64,000 nucleotides of DNA. Source: Rebecca billardiae RCC1528. Its lineage: Eukaryota > Protista > Haptophyta. Position 1 is the first letter of the stretch. Every line of letters begins with the position of its first letter. This document shows, piece after piece, positions 10,566-20,700 of the stretch. The notes under the pieces are model-generated. The model searched no databases, was not told the origin of the DNA, and worked only from the letters and a program-made list of their open reading frames with translations. Both the position numbers and the translations under genes were made by a program. The stretch spans positions 682,001 through 746,000 of the forward strand of contig OZ251224.1 in assembly GCA_965240325.2 (NCBI GenBank), written 5' to 3'.

Positions 10566-10885
10566 CGCCCGCCGTCCGAGAAATCAGAATGCAGTCTTCA
10601 GGGCTCACGGCGCGGCGCTTGTCGGGCCTGGCCTCGCGCAGGGGCAACAAGCGCGCGAGTAGTGCGACCGTGCCCTGTCCACGTAGAGGGAGTAAGTCGA
10701 GTCACCAGAACTCGTCGTGCGTGATGATGACAGAATGTGTCCGGTCGAGCGGGACGCCCGCCGTCCAAGAAATGAGAATGCAGTCCTCCGGGCTCACGGC
10801 GCGGCGCCTGTCGGGCCTGGCCTCGCGCAGGGGCAACAAGCGCGCGAGTAGTGCGACCGTGTCCCGTGTCCATATGCAGGGAGTA
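10566..10885. repeat. Direct duplication of ~128 bp (10566-10694 and 10755-10885) downstream of the Myb gene
   Basis: Two near-identical copies of CGCCCGCCGTCC..AGAATGCAGTC..GGGCTCACGGCGCGGCGC..GGGGCAACAAGCGCGCGAGTAGTGCGACCGTG, 189 bp apart. Confidence 0.85.
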
Positions 10886-10972
10886 GAGAGCAGTGTCGTG
10901 GGTGGGGATGTCGTCGTTCGCCTCGCGCCAGCGGGCTTGCGCGCCGCCGCGCGACCCGTCAGTCCCGCGGCG

Positions 10973-12264
10973 CTACATGTGGCTGCTCTGCACGCCCCCT
11001 GCGCGCAGCTGCTGCTGCATGTAGAGCCGGTGCGCGAGCATGGCGAGCATCGCCTCGTCGCCGCCGCCCGCGCTCGAGACCGGCGCCGCAGACGACGGCA
11101 GCGCGGCGGGCTGTTTCCACACGCTCGCAGGTGCGCCCGCAACCTCGGCGTGCGCCTTGCTGGGCAGTCCGGCCAGCGAGGCCGCGCCGAGCGCCGGGTT
11201 GAATGACTGCGCCCCGAAGAGGTCGAGCATGTCGGGTGCGCGCGAGTTGAAGCCCGACATCCCGACGGGCGTGTCCATCTGCGGCAGGTCATGCAGCATG
11301 TGCAGCGCGCTCGGCGTCGTCTCGGGGACCGACGGGATGCTCGGCAGGTGCTGGGCGAGCAAGGGGTTGGCGCTGCTGGCCGTCTCCGCCCACCGCGGCA
11401 TGTCTGCTGCCAGCTGCGGCGCAGACTGCGCGGGCGCGGCGGTGCGCGGCGCGTCGAGCGCCACCTGCCGCATCTGCGTGAGCATCAGCTCGACGAGGCT
11501 GGCGCGGTACGCCGATTTCGTCGGCAGCGCGTCGACGAAGAGCATCTGGTTGACGAGCTGGTCGACAAAGTGCGAGCTGTGCTCGGCGCCCGACGCCTGC
11601 GCGAGCGCCTCGAGGGTGGAGCCGAGCGCCGGCGTGCTGGCCGCGGGCATCGCGGTGGCGGCGGGCGGCACGATGGGCATCGAGCCGAGGCCGAGGCCGA
11701 GGCCGGAGGGGAGGCTGCTCGCGCCGGACACCTCCGCGGGCGCCGGGATGGTGCGGAGGTGGATGGCGCGGTAGCGGTTCTTGATGGCGTGACTCGACCG
11801 TCCGGGCAGCAGGGGCTGGAGACGCGACCAGTGCTGGGCGGCGGCGGCGGAGGGCGAGCGGGCGGGCGTGGCGCGATGTGCACCGGCACGCGCGAGGGGC
11901 GAAAGGGACGTGAGCGCGCGCGCGCGCAGACGTGCTGTGGGCGGGCGCGGCGCTCGCACGAGCGAGCTGCACACACCTTGCCGATCGCAGCGACGCCGCG
12001 AAGGATGAGGGCATCCTCCTCGTCGGACCACGGAGCGCGGTTGAGGTCGGGGCTGAGCGCGGTCTGCCAACGCTCGCGGCACTGCGCGTGTGAGCGCGTG
12101 CCGTGCTGCTGCGACACGAGCGCCCACGCGTTGGTGCCGTGGCGCATGACGAGCGAGCGCAGGCGCTCGTCCTCCTCCGTCGACCACGTGCGGCGCTGGT
12201 GGCGCCGGCGGGGTGGCCGGTCGGAGACATGATCAGATACTCGGGGTGCGGGTGATGGCGCCAT
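10973..12264 (-). CDS. R2R3-Myb transcription factor; exons 12264-11977, 11833-10973
   Basis: WSTEEDERL..HGTNAW..RSHAQCRERW..LSPDLNRAPWSDEED..GK|HWSRL..LLPGRSSHAIKNRY. GT-AG intron 11976-11834 restores repeat R3. Confidence 0.9.
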
Positions 12265-13258
12265 GGGCGCGCGGTCGGCTGAGTTGGTGGTGGCGGGCGC
12301 AGGAGTTCCTGGCGCACGCGAGTGTCGAGACCACTCTCGGTGGGCAGCGGTGGAGAGCTCTGTGCGAGTCGCGGTTGATCGCGGTTGAGAATCGAAGGCA
12401 GGCAAAAGGTCGCATCAAGCTGGCCGGCGGAAGCGCGTAATATTTGGTGATGCAGACCGGTGTGCCCTCTTTTACTCTTTTACTCTGCCTACTCATACTC
12501 AGCGAAGACGCCGGAAGAAATCCACACTGCGGACGAAACCCATTTGGATAGCGTTTGACCGCCCTACCCGCGCTGGCCATCTCCTTGCGCTGAGATCCAC
12601 GAGAAAATGGAACACGGTTCGGGGCGGGAGCCCCGTCATACCGCTACTGGGCTTACTTGAATCTTACTTGCAAAGTAAATGACTACTGGGCCGTGCAAGC
12701 CACACCATACTTCCCGCCTCGAAAGGAATCCAGGCTCCGGAAGGCACGATTTCTGGGATCCGCGAAACGTCAGTATTGGCGGGTTGCACGAGAGCGTGCG
12801 TACAGGCCTGATGAACCCGAGACCGGCTCAATCTCGCTTCTCTGCCACACGGCCTGGGCCATCATTTATGATAAATCATCACTCATCGATTAGAGGTGCG
12901 CGGCCTTTGTACAGTTTACTATGTTTTAACGTGCAGTACGACTCCGCGGCCCTTTGGCTTTCGGTAGTCGCTCATGATGATCAGGAAGGCGCAAGTCAAC
13001 AACTACTGGTATTCGGCAGTACTTGCAACCGCCCTTGGTACTTGCATCCCGTTGGGACGACCACCCGCTTGCAAGCTTCTCTGATAATGTTGCCAAAACT
13101 TCGCAAGCCAGTAGCACCGAGTTGAAAGTATAGTACTAGTAACCGCTCGAACCGTTTCATTTCCATGGCGGTCGATTTTCTGGCGTAAATCGAGTCGCGC
13201 CATAAATACTGGGGTGCCTTCCGAACTGTTGCCTGAGCTGTGTGCGTCTCTTATTCTT

Positions 13259-13619
13259 CAAGGGCGTTCCCGGGATCCTGCCACACGCTCCGAACGGCAT
13301 GCCCCCCCCTGGGGGGGGCATGGCTACCGGACTAATTCTATGATTTAAAGACACAGGCACGAGGGCGCAGCTCTCCTGATTCGTCTGTCGAAGTACTGAA
13401 TGGAGTTAATGGAGGATGTCGGAGCGCGTTGGCCGCGGGTGAGGGAGTCGTCGTAACCGATGCTGATCACACGGTCACTGAGGTAGTAGGCGCCCGGGGA
13501 TGCCGCTGTTTTTGGCGTGGGCCGTAATATCAAATGTACCCGCTTGAAATAGAGAAAGCCAATTTCAATAGGAACGCGGTTCGATTTGGCGTATGACCAG
13601 AGTGCGGGGAACGCCCCTG
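13259..13619 (-). mobile_element. Repeat family B, 361-bp non-autonomous element with short TIRs, inserted in repeat family C
   Basis: Ends CAAGGGCGTTCCC / GGGAACGCCCCTG (13 bp, 1 mismatch). Internal perfect hairpin CATGC8-T-G8CATG (13298-13322) and a family A motif (13335-13385). Flanks TTATTCTT|...|GTAAACTGT match the uninterrupted site at 37263-37280. Confidence 0.7.
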
Positions 13620-13966
13620 GTAAACTGTGAATGCAGTGTCGTTAAATCATTATCATCGCGAGAATGAGTGTGACTGTGACAACATGAACCTGCATGCCGT
13701 ACGCACCTGCACGGGGGCTGCGGGTCGGCCAAGAAACTTCCAAACCGTTTCTTCGGAACCCTGGACCGGGCCCCCGCCGCCCAGAACGGGTCCTGGTCGA
13801 TGCCGGTCAGGGTACCCAGTTTCAGCGAGCTCGACCGCGCCGGCGCCGCGGCCACGCGATCGGATCACATTCACACTCCGACAGGGGACCGGGGCGGTGT
13901 GATCAGGTCTCAGGTCCAGGACCGCTCCGTAGTAGGCAACGTGTAAGACCGGCGTGACCGAGCGGG

Positions 13967-15100
13967 TCAGAGGTCGCCGTTCAGCCCCGCGCCGTCGACC
14001 CGAAAGCCTCGAACGAGCGCGCCCACGATCAGGTTGGTGAGGAGTCGCGCGAAGCCCACGCGCGCGTCGCAGCGCAGCGGGCGGAGGCGCACAGACCAGA
14101 TGAGCTCGCACTGCGGCGCCAGCTCACCCCGCCCACGCGCTGCCGTCCACGCTGCGGCCCTGGGATGCTCCATGTCGCGGAACGCGACCACGCCCTCGTG
14201 CTCGCTCACGGGGTAGAGCGAGAGGACGCCTGGGTTGAGCACGGTGTACACGTGCCGCAGGGTCGGCCGATCGCTCACGAGCACGCGCTCGAGCAGGCCG
14301 GGGGGCAGCACGAGACGCGTGCCACCGCCCAGGTCGACGGGCGGCGGGAGGGGGAGGCCGCCGCCGCGCTGCCAGAGCTGCGTGCGCCAAGCGTGCCACG
14401 CGTCGGGCGCGCTCGCGGCGAGCGTCCGCCTGAAGACGACCTCCACCTCCGGCGCGCGCGACTCGATGTGCCGGCGCAGATCCGCGACTGTCGCGCCGAG
14501 CGCCGCCTCGGTGATCCGCTGCCAGCGCTCGACGCCGCACCCGTGCGGCGGCGCAAACGCCACCGCCCACTCGAGCTCGCACCCGTCGTCCGAGCCGCGC
14601 GCGGAGGAGACGAAGCGCACCTCCCCCGAGTGGCGGATGTCCTCCCCGCCGAAGCACCACCCCGACTCGACCACCGCGTAGCGCACGCTGGCCTCCGAGC
14701 CGTCGGCGCTGACGCGCACGCCCTCGACGCGCTCGCGCAGCCCAAAGGGCCATAGTGTGCGCGTCGAGCCGTGCCGGGTGTGCACGTCGCCGTAGGCGTC
14801 CAGAAACACGAGCGGGAGCGCCAACGCACCTCCACGGAGCCATGTGTGCGCCCAGAACGTCGAGAGCGCCTCCGCCGGACGCGCTCTGAGCGTGGCGTGC
14901 GTGCGCGCGCTCACCACCGCCGCCGAGGCGCGCGTTGCCGAGAGCAACAAGACGAGCGCAGCGGCATGGAGGCGCTGGCGGTGGTTGTCCCGACGGCGAC
15001 CGGCGGGTCCACCAGGATGACGCCCACCAGCCTTGACCCGCGGGTCCGCGCGCTCGACTCGACCCGGCCGCGCGAGCCTCGCCGCGCACGCGGCCGCCAT
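13967..15100 (-). CDS. Tandem SRPBCC/polyketide-cyclase-like (START-like) domain protein; start uncertain
   Basis: Two similar halves (WLRGGALALP..STRTLWPFGLRERV..YAV..HSGEVRF..CELEWAVAF / WQRGGGLPLP..GTRLVLPPGLLERV..YTV..HEGVVAF..CELIWSVRL). A hydrophobic segment AAALVLLLSATRASA precedes them. Confidence 0.65.
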   Translation of the reverse strand: MAAACAARLARPGRVERADPRVKAGGRHPGGPAGRRRDNHRQRLHAAALVLLLSATRASAAVVSARTHATLRARPAEALSTFWAHTWLRGGALALPLVFLDAYGDVHTRHGSTRTLWPFGLRERVEGVRVSADGSEASVRYAVVESGWCFGGEDIRHSGEVRFVSSARGSDDGCELEWAVAFAPPHGCGVERWQRITEAALGATVADLRRHIESRAPEVEVVFRRTLAASAPDAWHAWRTQLWQRGGGLPLPPPVDLGGGTRLVLPPGLLERVLVSDRPTLRHVYTVLNPGVLSLYPVSEHEGVVAFRDMEHPRAAAWTAARGRGELAPQCELIWSVRLRPLRCDARVGFARLLTNLIVGALVRGFRVDGAGLNGDL

Positions 15101-16145
15101 CTCACGCCGATGCGTCCGGACCCCCCAGTAATTCGGTAGACTGGCAATAAGGAGTCCTGGAATTGTCGGAGGCTGTCCGGGCATTATGGCCTTACTTGAT
15201 TTACTCTCACTCCGCGGGCCTGGCAACAAAACACCCGAAGATTTGCCCATCTTCGACGAGTAGCGGTAGTTTCTAAAACTACCCGACGTACCCGGGCCCG
15301 GTGGAATTTGCCGATACTGTTTCAGAATCTCTCAACATGATTACACGGCCAAACCCTCCGCGTACCCAGATTTGAACGGCTGATTCCGCCTTGTTGTCCC
15401 GAACTGCCCGGGCTGCAGGGCAGTCTGGTGCACTTGACTTGAATCGGGCTTGTGAGTGTGGTGGCGAGAGATACCCCTGCCTGAGCAAAAAGCACGTGGC
15501 CAGGCTGCGCCCCGAGCGTATGAGAAACTTCCGTCTGAGCGTATGAGAAGCTTCCTCTCTCGAATTGTGGTGCTTGGGTGTCGAAGATTGGGGCGGGAGT
15601 TCGCCGAGAACCAGAATTGCCGTAGCTTTCGGCCATTCTCACCTACAAACTACTCACTCTCGTCCCGTGCACGAACTGAGAGAATCTGCGTCTCCACATT
15701 GTCATATATACATATATATATGTATATATATATATCATCATCACACGGACCTCATCCTTCGCCGACTACGATACTTCGTGAGTGCACCCGAACTGGAGAG
15801 GAGGCACGGCTGTCGGGTTGCGAGAAACCCGACTGTCCCAAAGCCCACCGGACCCTCCCCGGACCCGCCCGCTTTTTGTCCCGGCGGAGACGCCGTAGGA
15901 CGCGCTGCTCCGCCTACCAGCAACATGAACGCCATGAGTGCGCGACACGACGATGCCTCATGACAGTGCAAAGCAGCTGCGGCCACTTGGCCAGGATCCA
16001 CTGCCACCGACCCTGTGATGAGTGCGAGAGCCCCGCGTCACTCCGCCACCTGGGCTTTCCGCGTCCGAGATGATCTCTGCTGCCTGACCGGCCAGGCGGC
16101 CAGTGTCATTGCCATTGCGGGTACCGTCCGACTCCGAGGTAGCAT

Positions 16146-17528
16146 CTAGTCCTCCGACTGCGGTGCGGGCGACGTCTTCTCGGGCGGCGAGCGCCCAGCT
16201 GCTGCCTTCTTGCGGAACGCGGCCATCCTGGCCTCCATCGCCGCCAGCTTTGCCGCCTTTCGCTCCGCCTCCGCGGCCGCTGCAGCCGCGTCGCGCTGCG
16301 CTTCAGCCGCAGCCTGCGCATCGCCGTCGGCCGGCCGGCCGGTCGCGCTCGCCTCGCGCGGCCCGGCTGACTCAGCCTCGGTGCGGGAGGCGAAGGGCAC
16401 GTCGAGCAGCGCCCCGTGCGCATCGTCGCCGGCGCGCACGCGGAGCCCCGCGCCGCCAGCGGCGGTGCGCACCAGGGCGAGCCCGCGGCCCGACTGGAGC
16501 ATCGACGTGACGCGCCCGGCCCGCATCGGCGCGCCGCCGTCCGCCGCGTCCACGTGGAGGATCGTGCCCGCGGGCGCCGCCGAGTCGAGTGCGACGCCCC
16601 ACAGGCGCTGCTTGGGCGCGGGCGCGTTGTTCACCTTCGAGACGGTCTCCTGGCCGAGGTAGCACCCCTTCGTGAACGAGATCGTGTGGTACAGCCCCGC
16701 CTCGAGCGGGTTCACCTCCTTTGTCAGCTCGGCGCCCGCCGCCGGCCGGCCCGTCGCGATGCGCGCCGCCTCCCAGCCGACCTCCCCCACCGGCTGCAGG
16801 GCCTGCGCGCCGTCAGGCCGGGTGCAGAGGGCGCACCACACCTCGGCAGCCGCGGCGCCCGGCACCACCAGCGTGAGGCTCCGAGGATGCACCCGACCGA
16901 GCGTGCCGCCGCCCAGCACGAGCACGTCGCCATCGACGAGCGCCCCCTGCCCGTCGGGCGGTGCCGTGCCGAGCGCGCGCGACACGGCGTCAGCGGCGCC
17001 ATCGCCGACGGCTTCGAAGACGGCGAGCTCGCCCGGCGGCACGAGGCTGGCGCACACGTCGTCGAGCGGGAAGATCACCTTCTCGAAGTGCGCCGCGAGC
17101 TGCGCGCCACGGTTCGGAGAGGCGAGGATGAGCAGCTCGTCGCGCGGCGTGCCGACGTCCGCGACCAGCACGAGGTCGACTACGCGCCCGTTCGCGTCGA
17201 GCACGCACGCGTCGACGACCGCGCCGTCGCAGCGCGGGGGCTCGATCGCGTTCGTGCACTGGCCGTGCAAGAAGCGCCGACGGTCAGCGCCGCCGAGGCG
17301 CAGGACCGCGGCGTGCGAGCGGTCGAACAAAGCCGACGCGCCGCCGCCCGCATCCAGCGGCTGCGGCGCGGCCTCGCCAAAGTCGAGCGGCACGCCGTCG
17401 CGGGTGCTGTGGCCGTCGGCATAGCTCACGCGACCCAAACGAGCGCCGTAGCGGCTGACCTGCACCGCTCGCAGTCCTTCAAGGCTCGACTCCACTGCCA
17501 AGAGCGAGAGCAGCGCGAGAGCGGCCAT
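16146..17528 (-). CDS. ygfZ: YgfZ/IBA57/COG0354 folate-dependent Fe-S cluster maturation protein, probably plastid-targeted
   Basis: Signature KGCYLGQE; GcvT-like DRS..LRLGGADRRRFLHGQCTN; NPLEAGLYHTISF; N-terminal signal MAALALLSLLA. Confidence 0.9.
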   Translation of the reverse strand: MAALALLSLLAVESSLEGLRAVQVSRYGARLGRVSYADGHSTRDGVPLDFGEAAPQPLDAGGGASALFDRSHAAVLRLGGADRRRFLHGQCTNAIEPPRCDGAVVDACVLDANGRVVDLVLVADVGTPRDELLILASPNRGAQLAAHFEKVIFPLDDVCASLVPPGELAVFEAVGDGAADAVSRALGTAPPDGQGALVDGDVLVLGGGTLGRVHPRSLTLVVPGAAAAEVWCALCTRPDGAQALQPVGEVGWEAARIATGRPAAGAELTKEVNPLEAGLYHTISFTKGCYLGQETVSKVNNAPAPKQRLWGVALDSAAPAGTILHVDAADGGAPMRAGRVTSMLQSGRGLALVRTAAGGAGLRVRAGDDAHGALLDVPFASRTEAESAGPREASATGRPADGDAQAAAEAQRDAAAAAAEAERKAAKLAAMEARMAAFRKKAAAGRSPPEKTSPAPQSED

Positions 17529-17722
17529 GCTGTCGCATTCGATTACGGGGCCGCGTGTGGAAAAAATTTGTGGATTGAGATCGTCACGCGAACCGTTCGC
17601 GTTCGTGATCGTTTCATCGAGAATGAAACGTTCAGAACCTGCTGAAGCACTGAGGCCGCCCGGCTCGGCTCGAGTAACTGGGGAATGGGGGAGCAGTGAG
17701 GGGGCGAGTTTCGAGAGGCGGG

Positions 17723-20700
17723 ATGGCGACGAACGCGGCGACGTACAAGCAGGTGACGAGGCGACCGCCGGGAGACGTTGGCTCTGTCCTCACCGAGTCT
17801 GGCCTGGTGTCGCTCTCACGCCTGTCCGCGGGCAGCGGCTCGCTCTCCCCGCTGCCCGCCCTCGGCAAGGACAGCTCATACACATCGACGGTCTCGGGCC
17901 GCTCGCCGTCGCCGCCGCGCGCGGCGAAGCAGCGGACCCCGGAATCGCGTGGCTCGCGGATGGCGGTGCTGCCGCCCGAGGTGATCCGCACCCACGTGGT
18001 CGAGGTCGAGACCGGCCGCCTGATCAAGCCACGCACCGCGGGCTCGGCGGGCACGAGCGCGACCTCGTCGTCGCTCCGGCGCGCGCTCGGCGCCCCGCCG
18101 TCTACGACGGAGTCGCGCGCGCTCAGCCGCGACTCGACGGTGTTCGCGCCATTGCCGCCGCCGCGGCGCAAGTCGTCGCCCGGGGCGCCGCTGCCGCCCG
18201 CCAGGTCGCCGTCCGCGGGCACGGGCAGCGGCGGCGGCGGCGCGCACGCGTGCGCGTCCGCTCTCTCGTCGTCCGAGGGCTCGGCGCTGCAGCGCGAGTC
18301 GATGCTGTCGGCGGGCACGGCCGTGTCGGCCGAGCCGAGCGGGCTCGAGCCGTCGGCAGGTCCGAGCGCCGAGCCGAGCGCGGTGAGCACCGTGACCGAT
18401 CCGAGCGCCGAGGCGAGCGCGGTCAGCACCGTGCCCGCCGCGGACGACGACGACGCGCGCGCCGACGCGGCCGCGGCCGCGGCCGCGGACTCGGCCGCGC
18501 GCGCGCCGCCGCCGGCCGACCCGCTGGCGGGCTGGGACCTCGACCCGTACGGCCCGGCGCTCGCGCCGCGCGAGCGCGCGCGCGGCGTGCGGCTCAACCT
18601 GCCCCAGAAGTTCCTCAAGGTCGTGCACTCGCCGCTGTTCGACGGCAAGGACATCGAGCCGGCCGAGTGGGAGCAGATCTTCCGCTGGACGGGTCGCGTG
18701 TGGCTCAAGAAGGACTTCCCGCCCGAGATCGCGCACTACCGGCGGAACGAGGCGGCGGCGCTCGGCCGGCTGCTCGATCTGATGATCCACGACACCGAGG
18801 CCGAGGTGACCGGCCCCTTCCTCATGAAGCGCTTCGAGGTCGAGCAGCCCGTGTACGTGACGGTGCGGCGCGCGCTCAGAGAGCAGGTGGCACTCAAGTG
18901 CCGCGAGCACGGCGAGGTGCTCGAGACGATCTTCCGGCGGTACGACGAGCACCTGAGCGGCGTGCAGCCGGTGTTCCAGTCGCTGCACGGGTACTACGTG
19001 CGCGAGCTCGCGTGCACGCGCGCGATGGTCTCCGCCATGCGCGACGCCGACTCGCAGCTGTTCGACGTGTCGCAGGAGCTCGGGCTCGCGCAGCTCGCGC
19101 TCGTGCAGACGCGCGACGAGCTGACCAAGCTCAAGGTGGAGAACCGCCGGCTGGAGCTGGAGAAGGAGTCGGCGGAGACGCGGCTGCGCCGGCTGCAGGA
19201 CGAGGTGGACGACTCGACCGACCGCGAGGACGCGCTCCACGCGTCCGTCCGCGCGCTGCGCGCGCGCGCCGAGGCGGCGGAGACGTCACTTGCCAAGGAG
19301 TCGAAGCGCGCGGCCGTCGCCAACGAGCAGCTCGACCGGATGATCACCGAGCGCGAGGAGGTGGACGAGGACGCGCACGACGCGGCGCTGCAGCTGCGCG
19401 AGGCGGTGGGGCGGCACCGCGAGCTGCACGAGCGCTTCCAGGACCTCGAGCGCAACCACGAGGTGCTCAAGGAGCGGCTGTTCACGATGCAGGAGGAGGA
19501 GGAGGCGGCGATGAACGACCGAGGCCACATGCGCGACGAGGTGGAGGCGCTGCGCAAGGAGGCGGCGGCGCGGCTGGAGGCGGCGGAGAAGGCGGAGGCG
19601 GAGGCGCGCGGCAAGGCGGAGCGGCTCGCCGCCGCCGAGGCCTCCAACGCCGAGCTCGCCGACGCCGCCTCCAAGGCCGACCGCCAGCGCGGCCAGCTCG
19701 AGTTCGAGCGGCAGCAGCTCGAGCGTGCGGTCGAGTCGGCGCGAGCCGAGGCGCAGGAGCGCGCCGCCGCGGAGCTCGAGCTGAAGAAGAAGGTGCACTC
19801 GCTCGAGATCCAGCTGCGCGTGAAGCCGAGCGTCGTGACCGAGCGCGCCGACCCGCAGGTCGTCCACCGCCGCGCACGCCCGAGCGGCACCGCCGGCAGC
19901 CGGCGCGCGTCGACCGAGACGGCGGGCTCGCACTCGCGCCCGCCGACCGCGCCCGACGGTGCGGCCGCGCCCGCCGCCGCGGGCGGCGAGGAGGGCGAGG
20001 AGGGGCGGCGCGGCTCGAGGGCGGGCTCGGGCTCGGCGAGCCGGCGCACCTCGCAGGACTGGCCGTACAACCGCCGGGCGTCGCACCAGTCGCGCGCCTC
20101 GGACGCGAGCGCGCCCTCGAGCCCGACCGCCGAGGCGCGCGCGCGCCGCGCGTCCGGCGCGCGCGGCGAGCGGAGCAGGCGCGCGAGCGAGCGCGCCGGG
20201 AGCGACGAGGAGGCGGGCGGCGGCGGCAAGGCGGGCGGCGGCGGCGCCGTCGGCCAGCGAGGCAAGCGCGCCTCCCGCCGGAGCACCGCCTCGCGCGCCG
20301 GCGGCGACGACTCGAGCGACGAGGGCGAGGGCGGCGGCGGCGCGGCCGGCGGCGCGGGCGCGCGCGGCAAGCGCCGCTCTCGCAAGAGCACGGAGCTGGG
20401 CGGGCGCGAGCCGCGCGTGCCGCACATCCAGCTCGCGAAGCTCGTGACGGGCGACGGCGCCGACGACGGCTCGGGCCCTGACGACAGCGGCGGCGCGGCC
20501 GCAGGGCGGCGCGCGCGCTCGACCCCGACCCCGGGCGCGCGCGCGTCGCAGCCCGGCTCGCCCGATTTCCGCAAGGGCGGGCCGAAGGGGAAGCGCGGGT
20601 TCGGCGGGCGGCCGAGCAGCAGCGGCGGCGCGCTGGGCGGCGGCGCGATGCACGCCGACGGCGGCGCCTACGACCCGCTCGGCGCCGAGTACGACCCGCT

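Noticed and set aside
12600-13200. Lower-GC segment with short ORFs (also 33100-34000)
   Set aside because: Could be pseudogene or TE relics, but no family motif could be recognised.
9951-13622. Inverted B copies as TIRs of a Pack-type element carrying the Myb gene
   Set aside because: Each copy has its own short TIR-like ends, one is nested in repeat C, and there is no clear TSD; independent insertions are simpler.
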